From Candidatus Tayloriibacteriota bacterium (GTDB lineage Bacteria; Patescibacteriota; Minisyncoccia; Phycocordibacterales; PALSA-1337), in NCBI GenBank assembly GCA_028286665.1, contig JAQBRD010000012.1:841-64840 (forward strand): a stretch of 64,000 nucleotides of DNA. The letters run 5' to 3'. The notes under the pieces were generated by a model. The model saw nothing but the letters and a program-made list of their open reading frames with translations, had not been told where the DNA came from and did no database searches. Positions 20,601-28,819 of this stretch are shown piece after piece; positions within the stretch are counted from its first letter, which is position 1; every line of letters begins with the position of its first letter. The position numbers and the translations under genes were made by a program.

Positions 20601-21456
20601 CACATGTACCATCGATCCGACGTCGACATCGCTCATCTGTTCGTCCGATCGCCGACTCAAGAAAGATATCGTTTCAATAAATGGCGCAACAGCGCTCGAC
20701 CAGATCAATCAGCTCCAAGCTGTCAATTTCCGATGGAACAATCAATCGACTGATACGCTCCGCTTCGGATTCATCGCGCAGGATTTCGAAAAAGTATTCC
20801 CGCAGCTCGTCCAGACTGACGTCAACGGCTTCAAGAGCGTCGCATACACAGCGCTCACGCCTGTGCTCGCCGAAGCAATCAAGCAGCTTGATGTGAAAGT
20901 GAATGCGCTCACGATAGCGACGAGCACTTCGACTTTGAAGTCCATGATACAGGGCATAGGGGATTGGACTGTCGGAAAGATCACCGGAACAGTCGCGTTG
21001 TTCGGCGACCTGAAGGCCGACGCGCTGACGGTCGGATCGCCATCGAAGCCTTCGGGCATTACGCTGTATGACGGGGTCACCGGCCAGCCGTATTGCCTCA
21101 AGGTGATGAATGGAACAATGCAGAATTTCCCAGGGGATTGTGCAACTCCTACCTCGATTCAGCCTTCAAATCAGCCTTCGACCCCTGGAAACGTCCCTAT
21201 GAGCACTGTTTCCGATCCAAATACCGCAACAACGACAGTTACCACAGCCGGAACCGCTTCATCAGGCGAAACAAGCACTTCTACGGCTCCAGCAGCCACA
21301 TCCACCGAATCGGCAGTTACGACTGAAATAGCCACTTCTACAGCCCAGATGCCTGCACCGGAGCCAGAAATAGCCCCAATTACAGCCACGCCTGATCCAA
21401 CGCCCACACCAGTTTCAGAGCCTGCCGCGCCTGCGCCAGAGGTTCCAGTTCAGTAA
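17680..21456 (+). CDS. Paralogous giant secreted tail-fibre-like protein with C-terminal peptidase S74 domain
   Basis: The N-terminal about 90 aa are homologous to the upstream giant protein. Same repeat families. Gly-rich GGxGG block. The S74 motif SDRRLKKDIVSINGATALDQINQLQAVNFRWNNQSTDTLRFGFIAQDFEKVFPQLV is about 85% nucleotide-identical to the region of gene 1 around 16,740-17,080. A Cys mini-domain and PT-rich tail follow. TATAAT lies 8 nt before the ATG. Confidence 0.8.
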   Translation: MKQRLPNQRWLFALIAFAIALFSISPKISQAYFSDIFKEGASVVMSSTLNGMNAVGKSTIQAFSFESIRSFIPNFINSAASGMNCGVNKIVGAPLPVVCMKNPASVLAAASADAFVPVPMPAHAYVAAVPAPASISKPSSALSSASIPTRLPPPSAPQVSTQTQLTSAEYDAIQQQLANIALGTRSQLIRQTDSTVDHVGQSMSNLATSVASAAANASNAGNITSGVLSVAHGGTGATSTPTFGQVLLGNASGGYDLVSTSSLGITSGASSQWTTSGSNISFIAGNVGIGSSTPIATLSVKGTAGTNPFVVASSTDVQLLTLLQNGSFGIGTSSPVSTLSVAGSGTFTGGASFGGSVGIGTSTPIATLSVKGTAGTNPFVVASSTGAQLLTLLQNGSFGIGTAAPNANAILDVFQGASTTRISRTTTQYIQFTTDGVVNEVRGVSVSGGAKPFRIASDSNSSGLRLFTGTTDKVFIDNNGLVGIGSTTPSALLTLLGSNAATTTLSIRPAASQTASLVNFYDTTGAISSVIAAGGNFGIGTTTPGSKLVVNGDINLTGNIYQNGVLFTGGGGSSQWTSSSTDIYYNTGNVGIGTNSPIYKLDIAGTAHVSSDLTVGGIFTTTAFTANGTATSFNDAITINQSTSSTRFVRPGTPVLQAIDITTDSNSNRIKAFAGPGTNKQFRIEADIGMTGLSLRTGGSERVLIGPSGDVSVGTASTSARFTLMASSSPTYAIFDVTDTSRNSFFKVFGNGFVGIGTTTPSARFALDGFSGADNANASQALAIYGGKGGLNNNATPGGFSGGGIDLFAGPGGDSSGGGVDGGSGGVVNIFGGAGASNGDGTENAGLGGAVNIGAGNGAASLGGGLGGALTLASGNGGNDTASGFGQPGDGGLLSVIAGFGGSSNDNSVNGANGGNVIISGGAPGAGLVAGSYGNIIMNQNGGKVGIGTSTPLYRLHIQRSGDGPVAGFTDANGTCTIDPTSTSLICSSDRRLKKDIVSINGATALDQINQLQAVNFRWNNQSTDTLRFGFIAQDFEKVFPQLVQTDVNGFKSVAYTALTPVLAEAIKQLDVKVNALTIATSTSTLKSMIQGIGDWTVGKITGTVALFGDLKADALTVGSPSKPSGITLYDGVTGQPYCLKVMNGTMQNFPGDCATPTSIQPSNQPSTPGNVPMSTVSDPNTATTTVTTAGTASSGETSTSTAPAATSTESAVTTEIATSTAQMPAPEPEIAPITATPDPTPTPVSEPAAPAPEVPVQ

Positions 21457-21559
21457 TTTCATTGACATAACCTGTCAAGTCAGTTACCATTATGTATAAG
21501 TAAGTTTTCTCAGTCGCTTACGAAGTTAATAATATATAGACGAGGTATATAGAACCCAA

Positions 21560-21874
21560 ATGGCAAAGAAGCTATACGTAGGAGGAATTTCATACGGCAC
21601 CAGCGAAGAGACTCTCAAGAATCACTTCGCTCAGGCCGGAGCAGTTGAATCAGCAAGCATTATCATGGACAAGATGACGGGCCGATCAAAAGGTTTCGGA
21701 TTCGTTCAGATGAGCAATGATGCTGAGGCAGACAATGCTATCAACATGTTCAACGGCAAGGAACTCGAAGGCCGAACTCTTACGGTTAACGAAGCGCGAC
21801 CAATGGAACCACGAGCTCCACGACGTGATTTCAACCGAGGTGGAAACGGAGGTGGCTCACAGAGCAACTGGTAA
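21560..21874 (+). CDS. RRM-type RNA-binding protein with Gly-rich tail
   Basis: RNP-2 (LYVGGIS) and RNP-1 (KGFGFVQM) motifs. TATATA lies 8 nt before the ATG. Confidence 0.85.
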   Translation: MAKKLYVGGISYGTSEETLKNHFAQAGAVESASIIMDKMTGRSKGFGFVQMSNDAEADNAINMFNGKELEGRTLTVNEARPMEPRAPRRDFNRGGNGGGSQSNW

Positions 21875-21892
21875 TCTCACCAACCTCTAAAC

Positions 21893-21920
21893 AAAAAATC
21901 CCCGAAAGGGGATTTTTTGT
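21893..21920. terminator. Bidirectional rho-independent terminator between convergent genes
   Basis: AAAAAATCCCC GAAA GGGGATTTTTT: a GC stem flanked by an A-run and a T-run. It sits between the + strand RRM gene and the - strand LOG gene. Confidence 0.8.
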
Positions 21921-21965
21921 TTGTATAATTTTGTAACCTGGCATCCAAATGCGCTTTCCTTTCTC

Positions 21966-22664
21966 CTAGTCGAGCATTTCCCACCAGTTGGAAACCGGCG
22001 CATGCTTCACGACATTCACGATCTTCTCGATGTCCTCGGTGATGATGAAGAGATTCTCGTCGCCGAGAGAGATGGTCTGATGCTCGGTGAGCATCTGGTG
22101 CTTGATGAATACTGCAAGCGGCTTCCAGAAATCGTTTCCGACGAGGATGACCGGAACCCGCGGGATCTTGCGAGTCTGGATGAGCGTGATTATGCCGAAG
22201 AGCTCATCGAACGTTCCGAAGCCTCCGGGGAAGAAGAGGTATGCTTCTGCGGCAAACGTGAGGAGCGCCTTTCGCGTGAAGAAATAATCGAGACGCAATT
22301 CCGAATCTACGAACTTGTTGGTCGACTGCTCCTGCGGAAGCTTGATGCAGATCCCGAGCGAGCTTCCGTGAGCGGCGCCGTTCGATTGCGCATCGCGGGC
22401 GCCTTTGTTCGCGGCTTCCATGATGCCGGGTCCTCCGCCAGTGATGACCGAGTAGCCGAGGTCCTTCACGATGCGATATGCGAGATGCTCCGCAGCATGA
22501 TAGTGCGAGCTTGTCGGCGTCAATCGGGCAGAACCGAAGATCGTCACGGATTTCGGATATTTCTTGAGGAATTCGAAGCCTGCGCGGAATTCGTCATTGA
22601 TGTCTTTCAGGTGCAGCTCGATATTGTCCTGGATCGCTTTCGCTGTGAATTGCTCTGGTTTCAT
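21966..22664 (-). CDS. LOG-family (TIGR00730) cytokinin riboside 5'-monophosphate phosphoribohydrolase-like protein
   Basis: GGGPGIMEA and PGGFGTFDE motifs. TGATATACT lies 6 nt upstream of the ATG on the - strand. Confidence 0.8.
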   Translation of the reverse strand: MKPEQFTAKAIQDNIELHLKDINDEFRAGFEFLKKYPKSVTIFGSARLTPTSSHYHAAEHLAYRIVKDLGYSVITGGGPGIMEAANKGARDAQSNGAAHGSSLGICIKLPQEQSTNKFVDSELRLDYFFTRKALLTFAAEAYLFFPGGFGTFDELFGIITLIQTRKIPRVPVILVGNDFWKPLAVFIKHQMLTEHQTISLGDENLFIITEDIEKIVNVVKHAPVSNWWEMLD

Positions 22665-22734
22665 GGCGACAGTATATCATATTCGGCCAGGCGCATTCCT
22701 CGGCGGCGCACGCATGTGCTATGATAGCCGCATC

Positions 22735-24144
22735 ATGAAATTTTCGATCGAAAAAAGGCTGAAAGGCCTGGCAGGCGAGGACAAGAATCGCCTCGGGCGA
22801 GTCGGTGTCATCGAGACTCCGCACGGCTCGATAGAGACGCCGGCTTTCATCGTGGTCGGAACGAAGGCTACCGTGAAAGCGCTCTCGGCTGACGATATCG
22901 CCGAGCATGTCGGCGCGCATGCGGTCCTTGCGAATACCTACCACCTCTATCTTCAGCCGGGATATGAGCTCATCAAGCGTGCGGGCGGTCTCGGCAAATT
23001 CATGAACTGGAAAGGGCCGACATTCACTGACTCCGGAGGATTCCAGGTCTTTTCGCTCGGCGCGGCATTCAATGCAGGCGGCGCTCGTAAAGGCGGCGTG
23101 AGCAAGATCGGCCAGCGCGGAGCGAATTCCACTGCCCATCTCGCGCCAGAACTTCAAATTGCAAACGCAGCAGCCGTTTCAACTCTGAGCGCTTCCGGCG
23201 CGACTGTCGACCTCGCTCGGCCGGACCATCGTTCTGACGATGAGCCGTCGCAGCATGAAGCGCTCGCGAAGATCGATGAGGAAGGCGTCACATTCAAATC
23301 AGTGCTCGACGGCAGCACGCACCGCTTCACTCCCGAGCGATCGATCGAGATTCAGCACGGCATCGGCGCCGATATTATTTTCGTATTCGACGAATGCACG
23401 TCGCCGCTCGCATCATATGAATATCAGAGAGCTGCGATGGATCGCACCCACCGCTGGGCGCAGCGTTGCCTCGATTTCCATCAGGAAGCAGAGGCAAAGA
23501 AAGTCGCTGACGGCATCTTGCCGCAGGCATTGTTCGGTATCGTGCAGGGCGGCCGCTATGAGGATCTCCGCAAGGAAAGCGCTCAGATCATCGGCAGCAT
23601 GACGACTACGGCAGGCGATGGCACGGAGCGCGGCTTCGACGGCTTCGGCATCGGCGGGTCTTTCGACAAGGAAGACATGTATACGACGGTCGGTTGGGTG
23701 AACGAAGTCCTTCCTGAAGGGAAGCCTCGGCACCTTCTCGGCATCGGCGAACCCGCGGACTTCTTCGGCGGAATCGAGAACGGCGCCGACACGTTCGATT
23801 GCGTCATGCCGACACGCATGGCTCGCAATGGCACGCTCTATACGAGCACCGGAAAGATCCATATAAAGAATGAAAAATACACCGATCGTCTCGGTCCGAT
23901 CGATATGGATGAAACAGGGAAGAGCCTCTGCGATTGCTATATGTGCGCGAATTATACCGCTGCTTATGTCGCGCATCTTTTCCGCGCGAATGAGATGCTT
24001 GCCGGCACGCTCGCCTCGATCCACAATCTCTATTTCATCGTGAACCTCGTGCGAAAGATCCGGCAGTCCATCCTCGATGATCGCTTCGACGAATACAAGC
24101 AGGAATTTTTCAGCAAATACAAATCTCCCGGGTCGACGGAATAA
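22735..24144 (+). CDS. tgt: Queuine tRNA-ribosyltransferase (tRNA-guanine transglycosylase) with an about 65-aa low-complexity insertion
   Basis: Tgt core motifs (GGFQVFSLG, GIGADIIFVFDECT, zinc site CDCYMCANY...H). An insertion after FSLG, at roughly nt 23065-23265, is absent from canonical Tgt. TGCTATGAT lies 9 nt before the ATG. Confidence 0.9.
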   Translation: MKFSIEKRLKGLAGEDKNRLGRVGVIETPHGSIETPAFIVVGTKATVKALSADDIAEHVGAHAVLANTYHLYLQPGYELIKRAGGLGKFMNWKGPTFTDSGGFQVFSLGAAFNAGGARKGGVSKIGQRGANSTAHLAPELQIANAAAVSTLSASGATVDLARPDHRSDDEPSQHEALAKIDEEGVTFKSVLDGSTHRFTPERSIEIQHGIGADIIFVFDECTSPLASYEYQRAAMDRTHRWAQRCLDFHQEAEAKKVADGILPQALFGIVQGGRYEDLRKESAQIIGSMTTTAGDGTERGFDGFGIGGSFDKEDMYTTVGWVNEVLPEGKPRHLLGIGEPADFFGGIENGADTFDCVMPTRMARNGTLYTSTGKIHIKNEKYTDRLGPIDMDETGKSLCDCYMCANYTAAYVAHLFRANEMLAGTLASIHNLYFIVNLVRKIRQSILDDRFDEYKQEFFSKYKSPGSTE

Positions 24145-24147
24145 ATT

Positions 24148-25173
24148 TTATATCTCCCTCGGCTTATAGTTCTCCGGAGCGTGCTTCAATAGGTCTTCGA
24201 TCTGTTCTCGGGTGAGGAGGCCTTGCTGCGCGCCGACGTACTGCACGACGGACATCGGATTGACCGGAGCCCAGACGAGCGCTTCGAGCGGAGTATGACC
24301 GAGGAGGAGCGCCGAGACGAATGTCGAAGCGAAAGCGTCGCCGCAGCCAGTTCGCTCGTATGGTGGCTTCGGATCAGGATATATCGGCATGAAATAGTAA
24401 TGGTCGCCATCGAACATATAGGCGCCCTTCGGTCCGTCGGTGATGAGGACGATCTTCGGTCCGAGCGCGCGGCAGCTCTTGAGCAGTTCCTTCATCGCAG
24501 CGATATCGGTGAAGCCTTTTTCCTCGAGTCCGAGCACGCGCTGCGATTCCTCGGTGTTCACGATGAAGACTTCGGTTTCAGCATAGATGTCTTTCAGCTG
24601 GCTTGCGCCGATCTTCATCTGGAATGTTCCGGGCTGGAAGGCGAGCTTCGTTTCAGGATGCCTCTTCATATATTCTGCGATCTCGACGTGATACGGGTAT
24701 GACGATGATCCGACCGAGCTCAGATATATCCACTTCGGAGCGGGACCGTTCACGAATGCTTTCGGCAGCTTGTAGTTGTAGTCTTCGTGATGGACGAGGA
24801 TGGTGCGGTCGACGTCGTACCAGAGGACGTAATGGAAGTTCGTGACCTTGGTCTTGTCGAGGTCGACGAATTTCGCGCCGACATCATTTTTCTTCAGCTC
24901 TGCGACGCAATCGCGGCCGTTCTGATCGTCGCCGACATTGGTGATGAGCGAGCTTGAGAGGCCGAGGCGGGCAGCGGAGACGGCTGCATTCGGGGAATTT
25001 CCGACTGATTTCACGATATGGACTTCCTCGAAGGGAACCTTGTCGCCGAATTTCATGCAGAGCTCGCATGCGGAGGTGTTGATGCTGCAATTCACATGCG
25101 CCTCCTTCAATTTGATGAATGCATCCGTGGTAATGTCGCCGATCGCTATGAAATCGAGTTGTTTGTTGAACAT
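24148..25173 (-). CDS. PfkB-family carbohydrate kinase (ribokinase/phosphofructokinase-B/tagatose-6-P kinase-like)
   Basis: PfkB signature TGCGDAF near the C-terminus and a GG dipeptide region near the N-terminus. The first in-frame ATG (25179) abuts TGCTATACT, so the ATG at 25173, 6 nt downstream, is the likelier start. Confidence 0.8.
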   Translation of the reverse strand: MFNKQLDFIAIGDITTDAFIKLKEAHVNCSINTSACELCMKFGDKVPFEEVHIVKSVGNSPNAAVSAARLGLSSSLITNVGDDQNGRDCVAELKKNDVGAKFVDLDKTKVTNFHYVLWYDVDRTILVHHEDYNYKLPKAFVNGPAPKWIYLSSVGSSSYPYHVEIAEYMKRHPETKLAFQPGTFQMKIGASQLKDIYAETEVFIVNTEESQRVLGLEEKGFTDIAAMKELLKSCRALGPKIVLITDGPKGAYMFDGDHYYFMPIYPDPKPPYERTGCGDAFASTFVSALLLGHTPLEALVWAPVNPMSVVQYVGAQQGLLTREQIEDLLKHAPENYKPREI

Positions 25174-25179
25174 GTGCAT

Positions 25180-25221
25180 AGTATAGCATCCTGCAGAAAT
25201 CGCTTATGCTACAATATCCCC
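25180..25221. promoter_or_regulatory. Back-to-back divergent promoters (leaderless type)
   Basis: TGCTATACT on the - strand (reverse complement of 25180-25188) and TGCTACAAT on the + strand (25207-25215). Each lies 6 nt from its ATG. Confidence 0.6.
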
Positions 25222-26199
25222 ATGAATACACAGATCAAATCATTGCGGGAGTATGTGAAGGACGCGCTTGCGCGAAAGGTGGGCGTCGGCCATTTCAATA
25301 TCGCGAGCCTCGACGCCTTCTGGGCGGTCGTGAATGCGCAGGACGAAATGACGAAGGCTGCGCGAAATCTGCCGGACGGAGCGCCTGGCAAGATCGGCGC
25401 TGACGAGCAGATCCCAGTCATTATCGGCGCATCGGAAGGCGAGCGCGATTTCATTGGCGTCGATCAGGTCGTCGCACTGGTGCGCAGCGTTCGCGAGCCG
25501 TCTGCCGCGAATACGAAGCTCGGTTATCCCAACGGCCGGGCAGTTTTCCTCAATGCTGATCATACCTACTCATTCGAGCGTGTCGCCGAGGCTGCTGATG
25601 CAGGCTTCGATGCAGTCATCATCGATCAGACCGAACTTCCATTCGATCAGAACGTCGCCATCACGAAGAAATGCGTCGAGTATGTCCATGAAGTCACGAA
25701 GAAGACCGGCCGCGACATCATGATCGAAGCTGAGATCGGTTTCATCGGAAAATCCTCGAAAGTCCTCGATGCTGTTCCTGAAGGTGTGAAGATCAGCGAA
25801 GAATTCCTCACAAAGCCTGAAGAGGCGAAGGCATTCGTCGATGCGACCGGCGTCGACATGCTCGCGCCTGCAGTGGGGAATATCCACGGCATGCTCAAGG
25901 GCGGCGTCGATCCGGCGCTCAACACGAAGCGCATCGCGGAGATAAGCGCAGCTGCGGGCGTGCCGCTCGTGCTTCATGGCGGATCAGGCGGTTCTATCGC
26001 AGATTTCTTGGGAGCTATCGACGGCGGCTGCGGAATCGTGCATATCTCTACTGAGCTCCGCGTGGCTCTCCGCGCTGGCCTCGTGAAGGCGCTTCAGGAT
26101 AATCCCGACGAAGTCGCTCCATACAAATATCTCAAGCCAGCTCGCGCTGCGATGCAGAAGGCTGTGGAGGATAAGCTCAAGTTATTCAACAAAATTTAA
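25222..26199 (+). CDS. Class II fructose/tagatose-bisphosphate aldolase
   Basis: Class II aldolase fold with the LVLHGGSG motif and a zinc-binding His pattern. Divergent from the pfkB-like kinase. Confidence 0.8.
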   Translation: MNTQIKSLREYVKDALARKVGVGHFNIASLDAFWAVVNAQDEMTKAARNLPDGAPGKIGADEQIPVIIGASEGERDFIGVDQVVALVRSVREPSAANTKLGYPNGRAVFLNADHTYSFERVAEAADAGFDAVIIDQTELPFDQNVAITKKCVEYVHEVTKKTGRDIMIEAEIGFIGKSSKVLDAVPEGVKISEEFLTKPEEAKAFVDATGVDMLAPAVGNIHGMLKGGVDPALNTKRIAEISAAAGVPLVLHGGSGGSIADFLGAIDGGCGIVHISTELRVALRAGLVKALQDNPDEVAPYKYLKPARAAMQKAVEDKLKLFNKI

Positions 26200-26215
26200 T
26201 TTCAGACAAACAGCA

Positions 26216-27205
26216 ATGAAGAAGATATTCGTCACGCACGTCATTCCAGAAATCGGGTTGAAGATGCTCCGAGACAAGGGGTATGAAGTCGCCGTCAGCG
26301 ATGCGGTAAATCTCGAGCAGAAGCATCTCATCAAGGCGCTCAAGAAGGACAAATACGATGCGGTGCTCTCGCTCCTTACCGACAAGATCGACGCGTCGGT
26401 TTTCGACGCGTCGCCTACCGCCAAGATATTCGCGAACTATGCCGTCGGTTTCAATAATTTCGATGTCGCTGAAGCGAAGAAGCGAGGAATCGCGCTCACC
26501 AACACTCCAGGCGGAGGAACCGAACGCGTTGCCGAGCATGTATGGGCGCTCATCCTTGCGATGTCGTGCCGGATCGTCGAAGGCGACAGCTATATTCGCT
26601 CGAACAAGTACAAGGGCTGGGATCCGATGCTCCTCCACGGAGTGAAGCTCGCAGGCATGACACTCGGTATCATCGGCAGCGGGGCGATCGGTGGCGATGT
26701 CGCGCGGAAGGGCAAAGGCTTCGGCATGAACATCATTTATTTCGACGTGAAGCGCAATGAGAAGATCGAGGCTGAAACCGGCGCGACATTCTATCCGAGC
26801 GTCGACGATGTCGTGAAAGCAGCCGATGTGGTTTCAATCCATGTGCCGCTGCTCGATTCGACGCATCATCTCATCGATGCTCGACGCCTTTCGATGATGA
26901 AGCCGAGCGCATACCTCGTGAATACATCCCGCGGTCCGGTCGTCGATGAGGTCGCGCTCGTCGAAGCTCTCAAGAAGGGCATCGCGAGCGGCGGCAAGGA
27001 AGGCATCCGCGGCGCAGGCCTCGACGTCTTCGAATTCGAACCGAAACTGGCCAAAGGCCTCGCGAAGCTTCCGAATGTCGTCTTCACGCCGCACATCGCT
27101 TCAGCGTCCGATGAATCCCGTGCAGATATGGCGATCAAGGCAGCGACCAACATCATCGAATTCCTTGAAACAGGCACGCCTCGCAACCCCGTCCTTGTGA
27201 TATAA
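26216..27205 (+). CDS. D-isomer-specific 2-hydroxyacid dehydrogenase (glyoxylate/hydroxypyruvate reductase-like)
   Basis: NAD-binding motif GIIGSGAIGG and the catalytic R/E/H arrangement. It starts 17 nt after the aldolase stop. Confidence 0.85.
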   Translation: MKKIFVTHVIPEIGLKMLRDKGYEVAVSDAVNLEQKHLIKALKKDKYDAVLSLLTDKIDASVFDASPTAKIFANYAVGFNNFDVAEAKKRGIALTNTPGGGTERVAEHVWALILAMSCRIVEGDSYIRSNKYKGWDPMLLHGVKLAGMTLGIIGSGAIGGDVARKGKGFGMNIIYFDVKRNEKIEAETGATFYPSVDDVVKAADVVSIHVPLLDSTHHLIDARRLSMMKPSAYLVNTSRGPVVDEVALVEALKKGIASGGKEGIRGAGLDVFEFEPKLAKGLAKLPNVVFTPHIASASDESRADMAIKAATNIIEFLETGTPRNPVLVI

Positions 27206-27212
27206 TTTTGTC

Positions 27213-27452
27213 ATGTCTAATGTAGAATTCGATGCTGATGAGCAGGGAGGCGGAAAACTCCAGCGCTTCAGCTCACAATACGCCTCTCAGTACGACGCTC
27301 AGCAGCCGAAACGCGCTTCCGGCATGGCTTCGTTGCTGATCAAGATGCACATCATCGACGATCCTGATCAGGCAAAAAACGTCTACGTCGTCGTCCTCAT
27401 CCTCAATTTCATCGCAGCGGGACTCATCTTCTATTTCTACGTACTCAGATGA
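27213..27452 (+). CDS. Small hypothetical protein with a C-terminal transmembrane helix
   Basis: 79 aa. Its stop overlaps the ATG of the pilin gene (ATGA), implying translational coupling. Confidence 0.4.
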   Translation: MSNVEFDADEQGGGKLQRFSSQYASQYDAQQPKRASGMASLLIKMHIIDDPDQAKNVYVVVLILNFIAAGLIFYFYVLR

Positions 27453-27997
27453 AAACGAATCGAGGCTTCACGCTTATCGAGCTTCTGGTCGTGATTTCAA
27501 TAGTAAGTCTTTTGTCGAGCATCGTTCTCGCATCGCTGACTTCAGCACGTGCAAAGAGCCGGGATACTCAGCGCATGCGCAATTTCCACGAGATCCAGAC
27601 TGCGCTGCAGCTGTATGCGACAGACAATGGCGGAAAGTTTCCTGATTCTTCGGCCATATTGCTCGACGATTTCATCGACAGCGTCGATGTTGCTCACCCC
27701 GGAGGCTGGTCGACGCTCAAGACTCAACTCGGCAGGTATATACGGAAGCTTCCGGTCGACCCGATGAATAACGGCAGATGGAGCGATGCTGTGGGGAATT
27801 ATTCCTACTCGTATTATTACAACGTGAATACCGATTCTGATTATGATCTGGTCGCGAAGCTCGAAAATGCCAGCAGTCCGTATCGGGCGACTGTACGGCA
27901 TTACTCTCGCCATTCGAGCGTCCTTCCGGGGTCCAGCGTGCTTTGGGAAAGCGTCCTTCCGAGCGCCGGTTCCAACCTCTTGTACTCTGATCATTGA
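27449..27997 (+). CDS. Type IV pilin / pseudopilin (prepilin-type N-terminal cleavage/methylation domain)
   Basis: N-terminal MKTNRG-FTLIELLVVISIV is the classic prepilin peptidase site (G|FTLIE). Confidence 0.8.
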   Translation: MKTNRGFTLIELLVVISIVSLLSSIVLASLTSARAKSRDTQRMRNFHEIQTALQLYATDNGGKFPDSSAILLDDFIDSVDVAHPGGWSTLKTQLGRYIRKLPVDPMNNGRWSDAVGNYSYSYYYNVNTDSDYDLVAKLENASSPYRATVRHYSRHSSVLPGSSVLWESVLPSAGSNLLYSDH

Positions 27998-28058
27998 AAA
28001 CGCTTGAATTGCCGTTTCTACTTGATTTTTTCAGGCGGCTATAGTACCATGGCCTCCT

Positions 28059-28745
28059 ATGGCAATGCTAACACTTACGACAGAAAAGCGAGACACGAAG
28101 GCGGATCTTACGAAGGTCCGAGCGAGCGGGAAGATGCCGGCTGTTTTTTATGGCCCAAAAGAAGCATCGACCTCGATCACCGTATCTCAGACCGAGTTCG
28201 CCAAGGTATGGAAGAAGGCGGGCGAATCAGCAGTTATTATCCTTAAGGACGGCTCTAACGAGCATGAGGCTCTTATCCACGAAGTCGACGTTCATCCGGT
28301 ATCAGGCGCTCCTCGCCATGCCGATTTCTATGTCATCGAAAAGGGAAAGAAGGTAAAGGTTCACATCCCGATCGTCTTCAACGGCGTCGCTCCGGCAGTC
28401 AAGGACTTCGGCGGCATCCTCGTGAAGGTCCTCCGAGAAGTCGAAATCGAAGCAGCTCCGAAGGATCTTCCTCATGAGCTCGCAGTCGATCTTTCGACTC
28501 TTGTCGAAATGACAAGCACGATCACGGTGAAGGACATCAAGCTCCCAGCAGGCGTCACGCTCGTCGCAGCTCCAGATGAAATCGTCGCTTCAGTCGCAGT
28601 CGCGAAGGAAGAAGTCGAAGAAGTCGCTACCGCAGTCGACATGTCGGCTATCGAAGTCGAAAAGAAGGGCAAGGAAGCGAAGGAGGGTGCAGAAGGCGAA
28701 GAGGGCGCAGCTCCTGCAGATGCGAAGAAGGAAGGAAAGAAATAA
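28059..28745 (+). CDS. rplY: 50S ribosomal protein L25 / general stress protein Ctc
   Basis: L25/Ctc N-terminal beta-barrel (KMPAVFYG...) and C-terminal Ctc domain, with an acidic tail. Confidence 0.85.
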   Translation: MAMLTLTTEKRDTKADLTKVRASGKMPAVFYGPKEASTSITVSQTEFAKVWKKAGESAVIILKDGSNEHEALIHEVDVHPVSGAPRHADFYVIEKGKKVKVHIPIVFNGVAPAVKDFGGILVKVLREVEIEAAPKDLPHELAVDLSTLVEMTSTITVKDIKLPAGVTLVAAPDEIVASVAVAKEEVEEVATAVDMSAIEVEKKGKEAKEGAEGEEGAAPADAKKEGKK

Positions 28746-28769
28746 TCTCGAGCAATATCAATACGAAGG

Positions 28770-28800
28770 AACCCCCGCGATCTGCGGGGGTTTTCTTTTC
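28770..28800 (+). terminator. Rho-independent terminator after rplY
   Basis: CCCCCGC gatct GCGGGGG followed by TTTTCTTTTC. Confidence 0.8.
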
Positions 28801-28819
28801 GTGCTAAAATTAGCTGCAT

